Shown here in pieces: positions 54,089-64,000 of a stretch of DNA of 64,000 nt. The translations under genes and the position numbers were made by a program. This DNA is from Lingula anatina. Lineage: Eukaryota; Animalia; Brachiopoda. The notes beneath the pieces are model-generated. The model worked only from the letters and a program-made list of their open reading frames with translations, was not told the DNA's origin and did no database searches. The stretch is taken from contig CM120640.1 in assembly GCA_051362555.1 (NCBI GenBank), forward strand, positions 40,154,788-40,218,787, given 5' to 3'. Every line of letters starts with the position of its first letter. Position 1 is the stretch's first letter.

Positions 54089-54540
54089 GCAATCGAAATG
54101 GTTGCAGTGCTTGTCCTCTGTTCTGCGCCCAGTTCAATACTCCAGGTTTGGCCTAAGTTGTAAAGAAGTATGCAAATCAATGCGCAAAATCTCCCGTCAA
54201 GGACGACGAACGGGAGTTTACCCTAGATACTTATAGAACTCAGCTGAAGACTGTGGGAGAGGTCACAGTAAGTACAGCGAGTCTTTGAGTAAGGAACTCT
54301 TTAACAAGTAAGTCTCATGCTACTAGTGAGCCATGCGGATACAGTCTTATCACGGTTTTAACCGGTCAACAGTGATGTCCACTTGTTGGACTGCACTCTC
54401 TCACACCACATCTACAACACTGGCCAGTTTTAACAATCATCAACACAGCAGCTTTGACTTCTCTAGTGACAGTATGAACAGTTAAGCTCCTCCCCCTCTT
54501 TTTCTCAACCAATCACAGGGCAGAGCTCAGCATATTAACA
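54089..54540 (-). promoter_or_regulatory. Putative AHR 5' UTR and proximal promoter
   Basis: Local CpG enrichment at about 54030-54370; NF-Y-type AACCAATCAC at 54507-54516; Sp/KLF-like CTCCTCCCCCT at 54487-54497. The transcription start cannot be determined. Confidence 0.5.
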
Positions 54541-56665
54541 TGTCAGGTCCATAATGTTTGATTCTTGATAGTATTGTGGTGTTATGCTAGCCTCTGGCTA
54601 CTGGCTTTATACCTGTGTTTCATGTCCTATTATTATCTACTGATTATCCTCTGATCACAAGCAAACATAATGTATTGTCTGCAATCTGCTGGTTACACTA
54701 TCTGTTACACCAGCATTGTTGTTTTATTTACATGGCTAATGTCCCATAACTGCTATTAGAGCACTGAATAAACACTGGAGTGTTTGAATTTATTTGATTT
54801 ACACTTAATCCCCAATTGACTGGATAGAGATACTCATAGTGTACTCATCTTTCCTCGTTTAAGATCACAACCTTGTAGATCTGACTGGGTGGGTAAAAAG
54901 GGCTAAAAAAGGGTACACTTTCAGAGAAAAATAGTGCCAACATCACAACATGATAAGCACAAGAGTGGGATAATTTCATTAAAGAAAATCCAATATTATA
55001 AGGTGATATAAAATTACTTGTTTCTACACCAAACCCTGTGTTATTAGTCCCTGATAGCAGTCTATTAGCATTAGAAATAGGTGGAGGGAGCATTATGCGG
55101 TGAATGCACATGTTTATGCAAGATCTGTCTGAAGATATCAAAGCATGGAGTCCTGGATCACTTTATCATACAGACTTTAGCAAATGGGTCAGAAAAGAAA
55201 AGATGTCTACACTGAAAATAATTTTTGTAAATTTTTGATGGAGGAACTTATATTTTTGAAAATGCCCATGCTGTCATCATTTTCATCGTTATTGCAAAAC
55301 ACACCACTGACTCTTTTTATTTCTTTCCTTTTAAGTATTATAGAATTTTTCTGCAAATTAATGCTATAATGATCTATTCCATATGTGCTTCCAATTTTCT
55401 TGTGCTATTGCAGTGAAATCTAATATATCAGCTTCATCACATAGGTTGCTGTATGTTTTTTTCTTTTATCTCCATTCAAAGGATTCAACCTAGAACTCCA
55501 CTTATTTATCTTAAGATAAGGATAGGCATCTTGAAAATGCTGCCATCCATGCTGTTTATAATAGGTTCATTTTTTGGAGGTAATCCACCATAACAATCAA
55601 GGAGAATAGGTCGCCAACTGCACTTCTACAGGTGATTCAAAGGAAATTATTAATTAGGAGAAAACACAGGCTTTAACTCAGCAAGAGGTTCAGAAATTGT
55701 AGGTAAGTCTGATTGCTAAGGTGATTAAGCCCTCAAGTCAAAACTACACATTGGTAATTAAACAACCCAACAAGCCAGTAAATTCACCGAGGCATCTGTT
55801 CTCTTTTTCATACTCTGACAATTATTTCTCAACTCTGATCCTTTCTCTGGAAAGGGAAAAAAAGAATTAATTGCATTGATAGCAATTATTTTTCCATCTT
55901 TTTTATAACAGTACCATAGTTTTGTCAATGCTCCCAAAACATTTTCTTCCTGGCCCTGCTATTCTTGTCTCAAATTTCAATATTGATTTTTTAAAACTAA
56001 CAACAACGAAGATGGCAAATGAATGCGAGTTCTCCAGGATCCTTGTAGGAAAAATTAGCATCCTTTAGAGCAAAAAAGAGGACAATGGAACTAAGATTGG
56101 TTAAAGAAAGTGCATGCAAATCAATAGTTGCTTGGGAAGAACACAATCAGGGAGACATGAACAAAGGCATGGAAGAACTAGTAATGTGCAGTCCCACTTT
56201 CGCTTACACAACTAAAGCGATATCGCAGTATTTCTCACTTTTGCATCATCTCCTTCACAATATGGGTTCTGAAAATGAGAGGCAAATTAATATGCCCGAA
56301 TCTAATTGTGTCAAGTTTTGAAAGAAGGTCATCTGGCGCATTCGGCTTCTTGTTTGGTAGGTGGTCTGACATAATTATAAGTCACTACTACAGGGAACAA
56401 TTCTATCAATAGAAGGGGTTGGGGTTTCTACTGACAGGTGCTCCTGGAGTATTAAATCTTCATAGCAGGTAACAAAACCTTCATTTAGTGCTGATAACAT
56501 ACGGTCACTTGTTGAGGAATATAGAAAGTTCTGGGCAATATATCAATGAATAAATAAAAGGAGGGAACTTATAAATGTAATGTATCTTAATAATAGAAAA
56601 ATATTTAAAATCACTTGTAAAATGTGTAACTTAGTATATTTCAGCAGCACATGTTCATAGTTGAC

Positions 56666-56670
<5 letters not shown>

Positions 56671-56717
<47 letters not shown>

Positions 56718-56882
56718 TATAAACTTCAATGGATTGCTTTATGAAGTACAATCATCAAACAGTTGTTTCTCTTGATTTTGAGAAAGAGAAAGAGAGAGAG
56801 AGAGAATGAGAGAGAGAACTTATAAACTTCAATGGATTGCTTTACGAAGTACAATCATCAAACAGTTGTCTCTCTTAATTTT
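56671..56882. repeat. (GA)22 microsatellite plus tandem duplication (period 103 bp) of a (GA)n + 64-bp unit
   Basis: CTTATAAACTTCAATGGATTGCTTTAYGAAGTACAATCATCAAACAGTTGTYTCTCTTRATTTT at 56716-56779 and 56819-56882, each preceded by a GA tract. Confidence 0.92.
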
Positions 56883-58384
56883 TATCATGACCCATATGTA
56901 GTAATATTCTTTATAAAAAAAAAAAAAAAAAAGAAACAGAAAGAAAAAAAAAATGAACCATCATTGTTTTGGAAATCAAAACACTGCACATATAAATATA
57001 TAATCTAGATTTTTAGCATTAAATATGAACAGCTACACTGCATCATATCAAGCACAGCTGAATGTAACAATAGTGCAGTATGTTACAGCAGATCATACTC
57101 TGCATTGCTTAAGTGGAATACAAATTGTTTCAGCAGGGCAACAAAGGTCTTGTGTGTTCTGCTCTGATGTTCTCTTTTGCTATTTATTCAACATGGTACC
57201 AATGAGTATGGGTTTGAAAAAAATATAAAACAAATCCAACAATTCCATATAAGCAATGTTAGTAATAAATTATGAAACGTTCGTGTTTGTTCATCGATTT
57301 GTTCAATACATGACTTTAATCGTAATTCCCCTATTTTTTTAAAAAGTATGTGAATCAAAGGTTACCATTGTCAGCGACATAAATGTTTTACTCACAAGTT
57401 GTTTTCAGGTTTTGGGACCAGCTTTAGTCACAGTTCAATTAGTCATTCACAAAACATGTAATATTATCAATAATGATCATCTGCACTGTTATCATATAGA
57501 CATTTATAAATAAATAAACATGTATGCAAGTAATAGATAACTGGAATAAAGTACATTAAACAGTATAAACTAATTTTTAACCTAGTTTGCTAGCATTTGA
57601 CTTACGCCTCTTGGAGCTCACTGCCATGTCCAAGTGTAATGAAATCTGACATTTTGTCATAAACTAGTCAGAAAATGTGGTTTCATTTCCTTTATCTAAT
57701 ACTCCTTAATTTTTTAAAAGAAAAAACAACCGGTAGTTATTCTGCACTTTTATTAAAATAAAATCAAATTGGAACATGTTCAATAAATTTAAGAGACTAA
57801 ATATCCCAGAAATAGATTTAATAAATTTCTATTTCAGCAAAATTTATTACAATGGTTTTCAAACAGAAAAGTTCAAAAATCCTTAACTCAAACACTGTGT
57901 GATTAATCTTAATAAAAGGCAAATCATAATTTATGTTTGATAGTTAATTTGAAATTGATATGTAAATATATGTGTAAACAACCTTCAGGTTACTAAACAT
58001 ATAAAGGCATTAATCGAACTTACATTTAAAGAAATTTTAGCTTATAAGTCATAACCTAATGGATCAGTTTATTGCTTTTAAATAGAAAATACCAGAAAAA
58101 TACAACTTTACAAGCTGTTTTTATAATACATGTTTTTACAGTAACAATACACATATATTATAAATGTATCTTTATATACAAATAATTCTCATCTAGTTTT
58201 TTTCGCTTCGTTTTACACACACCCATGTAAGATTGTGCAAATTTGCCCCAGTTCTTTTAGTGCATTGTGGAAATTTATTTGCAGTGCAAATTCAATCAGA
58301 CTTCAATTTTAATACCTGAAAATTACCTCAAGGGATTGCAATCAATATAAAGATATCACGCAATCCCACAAGAACCAGAGACAG

Positions 58385-58860
58385 GAAGTGGAATTGGGTG
58401 CAAAACTTTCCTCCAGAATTTTCATTTTATGTTCAAACATTAAGATATTTTGTGAAGGTTAAAATATGTAACATTCTTAAGTTTAAATAAAAAGCTGTTT
58501 TCAAAATAATGAGAATGGGGAGACTATCAAAAGGAAAAACTTTCTGCCAGAATTTCTAAGTAATCTAATTTCTATCTAAATAATATAGTAATAATACATA
58601 TTTTGTAAAGGTTGAGGGAATATTCTTAAATTAAAGGCAAATCTGGATTTTTTTTTTTGATAGGTGAGAATAGGGAAAATCATTAAAATGGAAAAAAACT
58701 ATCCCCTAGAATTTTCCATTTTGATAATTTTAAAGCTATAAATCCTGTAAAGGATGAAGAGACTTTTTAAGAATATGATGGAACTGGGAGGACAATCGAA
58801 AGGAGTTTTTTACTTAACAATTTTTTTTAATTCAACACTGTTTTTTTTTTCCATTTTTGA
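58385..58860. repeat. Degenerate tandem repeat, about 3 copies of 135-155 bp, upstream of AHR
   Basis: Ordered recurring blocks GAGAATRGGGA..., AAAACTWTC..CCAGAATTT, ATTTTGTRAAGGTT...ATTCTTAA. Confidence 0.6.
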
Positions 58861-61800
58861 CAATAATTTTAATTCAACATAGATTACTTTCTGACAATGA
58901 ATTAATCACTGAAATGTAAAATAGTTTTCATCTTCTAAAATTCAGTCATTATTATACAACAAACAATTCACTCTTAGTTTTAAAAAATCTAATCTACATA
59001 CAGTAATCAACCAATAATTTTTTTCATTTGAATACTTTTAGGGAGCACAGAGAAAGCAAACACACTTTCCAGAAATGTTTTGATTAAATCTTATTGTAAA
59101 AAGAGGTTTACATGGGCAAAAGTTGTAAAAACTGATAATCCTGAAAATTTAAATGGGATCAGGGGGCACAAGGTCCTTGTCAGTTCCAGGGCAAAGAATG
59201 AAGAAAAAAATCCAGAAATCCAGCATAATCTGGAAAACTTTCACCATGGGTTAACCTTAATTTTTAAAAGTTAGTCCAAAGTTATATTCAAACTAAAATA
59301 ATAATAATAATAATAATATGATAAAGAAGAAAATGAAAACTGCCACATTTCTGTTTACAAAATATTTAAAATAAGAGGCACAATAACTCTTTTTATTGTC
59401 CCTAGAAAATAAGTTTACAACTGAATAATTATTTAAAAGCTTTGCTTTCTCTCATATAAATTCCGTGCTTCTTCATCTATCTTTTCACTCATAATAACAT
59501 AAACAAAGCAGATTTTTTTTCACAATCATAATATAGAAATAATTAAACAATTAACCCGATAATACCAAGAATGTATCTGAAAGTGTCTAAAAATATTTTA
59601 ATCTAAAAATACCAAACTACGTGTTCTATTAAGAACGATTATACTGTCACCTGATGAGGGCGACTGACAAAAATGGGGTTTACCAGGGAAGTTGTCATGT
59701 CTAGCAGAAATTGGTTCTTGTTCTTGGAGTGAAGAAGGGTTAGGTGATTTGTAACCCATTGGTTTACTAAAGTTCCGAAGGCCAACTTATGATTTGAAGC
59801 TGTTTATTTAGAACTATTAAGGAAAACTAGTTCGTGATGATGGAAAGCATGCAAAAGAGCAGGTAAAATGTAATTTGCTCTGCACAGGACTGCAGTGTAC
59901 TGCCTTGGCACACGTTAACTTATAATCAAAGTCTGCATGTAATTAACACAAATAATATCACAACTTTCTCAGTTACATAGACTTGGATAAGTTTGGAAAA
60001 GTTTGAAGCCTTCAAGAAGTTTACAACTACTTGACATGGAGGGCCAACATACTGCACCGAGTGTACTGACAGGCAGAAAAATGATTATTGAAATTTGTCA
60101 TCTTTCCATCTTCACAGTGAGTTAGCTTTGTCATAAAAAATCAGTCAGTTTCAGGACCGTCATTGTCCTCCTGGGTTTTATCAGTTCATCTAATTATGCC
60201 CTCCTCAGTATAAACAAAGAGACAGAGCCTGCCAGTGTGCATACTTAGCAGCTAACCCCTTCACCTTCGGTACCATATCACTGAATCAAACCGGTCGCGG
60301 CTCTTTAATTATAAATTCAAATTGCATTTTACAGGGACGAAATGCTGGTGAGTGACACAAATGTCTTTTCAGAGAGCAGATACCAGCTTCAGAAATTGGG
60401 AGTTATGAGTAATCAGAGGATACAGGACTCGGAAAAACCTCCACTCATTTTCAAAAAAATTATATTGATGCTTGGCACGGAACATAAAATAGACTAAGTG
60501 AGTGTCTTTTCAATTTATCAAGGGTCATCATGTACAAATAAATTTTGGGCAGTGGCTGCAAAATGACCATCTTAAACCATAAATTCAATAAATGAGCATT
60601 AAAGTGTCACCTAATTGAGTATTTCAACTTTTCACTGATAACATACAGTAACAAAACTTTTTCTTTCACTGAGCTGTAACCCCTCCTACTTCCAAATGTT
60701 CGGTCACTGTTTTGTCCTTCTGCACTTTACATAGTAACCCTTAAAGTGCAAAATATGTAGCATTCTACTTGAGTTTTGTTATGTCTATAAATGTGATTTT
60801 TTAGCATAAAATTTGAAAATTTCCTGACAACTAATTGAAAAATCAAAAAATTCCATTGAAATCCTGCCCCTCCTCTCCCAATGGGATGGAGATTACCAAT
60901 AAGTACATAAAGTCAATTAAATTAACAAAACAACTTTTCATGCAAATTGTTTTTAAATGTGATGAGTAGATTAATAGATGGCCACTGAGGTCCACCTAGC
61001 GTACATACTTTATCTGAGACCGACTGCCCAGGTGCCTAAAATTATAAATGCTCAAAGACAAGATAAATGACTGGTCTCTGTTATCTGTCAGTGGACTTAA
61101 AAAAGAGGCACCTTTGTTAGGTGCAAGGGCTATCAGTTATGTCTCCCCACAAATCTAAATCTAGATCAGTGTAGCCAAAGTAATTAAGGACAGGATAATT
61201 GCATATCTTCTAAATGCTTTTCATGTACAATGAGACGGCTTGTGTTTGCTGTCTTTTTCTTGCAATTACACACTGTTGATGAAATCACTAAATTTGATGC
61301 ATTTAATAAAATGATACAATAAATGTGACAGACGCTGAGACAAAATCTATTTACTGGCAGCCCACAAGTGTTGAAGATTTTATTATCAAAGGTTACCTGA
61401 AGTTTGTGAACTGAGAAAAACAACCTTTTTTTCTGTAGAATATATGCAGCAAGACTTGGATGCTGCAAAGCAGTGGTTGTAAGGGTGTTGAAAAATTCAT
61501 GCATAAAAGTAACACATCTGTTTCATGAATAAAGTTCAGTCATTTTCCTGTACATTTTAGTTAATTATTCAACATAGAAAGTAGACAGATTTTTTACACA
61601 AATATAGCAAGTAAACAAGTTACAGTCAGTAAAAAAGTTCAGATTTGCAGACATGCGAGGCAGTCACACTAAAGCCATGTTAATTGTGGCTAATTCATGA
61701 ATACCACTGCATGCAGCACTTACCACAATGTGTAGACATGTTTAGATCCGAGTCGACTTAACTGTCATAGGTTTTAGTCATGCAAAATTATCACACTATT

Positions 61801-64000
61801 ATTTCACATGACAGAGGACAGCATGCCGCTGGCAATTGCTTCTGAGTGTGCATCCTTTTTTTTTAACACCTTGATTTTCAAGCATACAACAGGAGCGGAC
61901 TACATTTATTGCATTGTCTTTGAAAGCTCATTGTTATTTGCATTTTTACCTATTTGTAAAGACTCGCTATCAGATAATACAAATTAACAGGCTTAATTAA
62001 ATAAAAATGTTGTTTTTTCATAAATTAAAAGTCTAAACAGTTGAAAATAGAGTGAAAGTTTTGTCATTTGTGAGGGTAAAGTAGGTAAAATGTTAGTTGG
62101 AAAATCCATTAAAACCATTGATGATGTTTTTGGAAGACTTATGTGCATTTTACATTTTCAACCATTAAATAAACAATGTACAAACCAGTGCATTAAATGA
62201 TTGAATTTTATATGGCGCACACTGAATGTTCATTTAAAGCCACATGCTCTAATATTTGTATGCTGTTTACAACTTATGTTGCTCATAATTCACTTGACTA
62301 GGCACATTCACCATTCATGTAAAATTACTTGGTTCCAAAACTTTTCATTGATAAAAATGTATTTTTAAACTTTTCAATGGGTTACTAAATTTTTTTTGAT
62401 AATCATAAATAACATCAGTCACCTGGTGATGCATATTTGATTTTTCAAATATCCTGGTAACAATCCAAGCATATAAATATATATATATACAATAAAGCAT
62501 CTTGGTGCTAAGATGGTGTAACATTAAGTTATCGTATGTTTCTGAATTTAAATCCCTATCAATAGAATTTGTCCTATTTATCAGTTTTTGTTCCTTAAAT
62601 TTACTTATTCTTTCTGAAAGATCCTGTGCTTAAATCTCAAGGGCAAGTAATAGATATACCTTAAATAATGAAATTGATACATCTGCTCAAAATTGTACCT
62701 GTATGCCAACTCAAAATGTACTCAAATAGCTGAGGTCAACAGAAAAAATTAACTGTACTTCAATCTTTCTTTCTTTTTTTTCTTTTCTTTCTTTTATTGA
62801 AAACTAGATTTTACTTTTCTCATTGCACCTAACAAAATGCAGCATTTAAAAATTACCCATTTCAAAATCAGTAACATTTAGCAACTAAAACTCTTACTCT
62901 ATTAAATATAAACACATTGCATCTGGCCATCTCTATCACTCTGGCAAATGTATAACATAAATACCGAAGAACACCTTAAAGCATCAAACCACACCTTATC
63001 ATACCACGCACTCTTTGCATGCCAAACAGGTTGACTTCAACCACTCAGTTGACAATTACACTTAACATGATTACTGCTGTGGTTAGAAACAAGATATAAA
63101 TTAATCTAACTCTTTCAGAAGTTATCATTTTTAATTTATATAAATGAGACAAGGACATGTTGTAATGTATTGTTTATGAAATGCTACAAGCTCCTAGGGT
63201 CTACATTGCTCGACTGTATTAGTATCAAACAATTTTTGGGTCCCTTAAAAGTAAACACAAACCACGCGGGTATTTTTACATATTGTAAAGATTTTGTGAA
63301 ACTTGATAACCTTATGGCAAATGATCAGAATGTCGGTATGAAATAAAACAGCTAGGGAAAACCAGAAAAAAATCAAACTGGTTTATGTGGAGATAGTATT
63401 CATATTCCTACTGTACTTTGACCACCCTGTTAAGTTCTTCAGTTACTGGTACATGTCTGTGTCTGACTCTAAGTGAAAGAGCAATTACATTTTCTACAGT
63501 TAAGTTACCATAAACGATTAAATTTCATGTAAAGAAAAAACTATATGTTTTTTTATCAAGCAATTCTTAGTAATCATAAAATTGCAAATATTGAAAATTT
63601 AGACAAAGTTATGAAATCAAGATGCCAGATGTGCACATAGTATGATGTTTTGCAGCAAATTCTGAGATAAGTGACTTGATAGCATAGTCTTACTTCAAAT
63701 AAATAAATAAAAACTTTTTTGTCTAGTTTAGGGTAAAAAAAAAAAGAAAAGGTCCCAAACAAGGACAACAGACAGGTCATAACATCCCAGTAAAGAAAAA
63801 TTAAAAATTCCAAAAGGCCACTAATCACCATATCCAAGTATAATGTCAACTTGCACTTCAAAGTTAATCTTGGGTGACTTTTTTATCATCAAGTACCTTT
63901 CCAATTTCATTCCTGATGACCAAACTCAAGAATTATAGTCAGGTATTTTTGAACAATGCAACTGAAGGAAAAAAAAATAGACGCCATGAAAAATCTAAAA

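Noticed and set aside
16843-58363. XRE/DRE cores CACGCAA at 16843, 35391, 48984 and 58357 suggesting AHR autoregulation
   Set aside because: A handful of 7-mers in 64 kb is within chance expectation and they are not clustered
54600-64000. Short ORFs upstream of AHR
   Set aside because: AT-rich, F/L/I/K-biased translations with no chain of spliceable exons; treated as intergenic or regulatory DNA

Overview
AT-rich, CpG-poor, intron-containing animal genomic DNA, most likely a mollusc or other lophotrochozoan (inferred from protein similarity and composition). Two convergent genes reconstructed by hand explain the window. (1) On the + strand, the last 17 coding exons (611-11851, about 1128 codons) of a SPAG17/PF6-like ciliary central-pair gene; its 5' part lies upstream of the window. 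(2) On the - strand, a complete 12-exon aryl hydrocarbon receptor (AHR/spineless) gene, ATG at 54088 to stop at 15650, about 887 aa, with 8.7-kb and 16.8-kb first introns. The best-supported unusual feature is a minor-spliceosome (U12-type) AT-AC intron at 10697-11714, the last intron of SPAG17. Also present: the palindromic end of a probable non-autonomous DNA transposon (about 52-350), several local duplications and simple repeats. No rRNA, tRNA, CRISPR array or autonomous mobile element was seen. No wholly new biological system can be demonstrated from the sequence alone.
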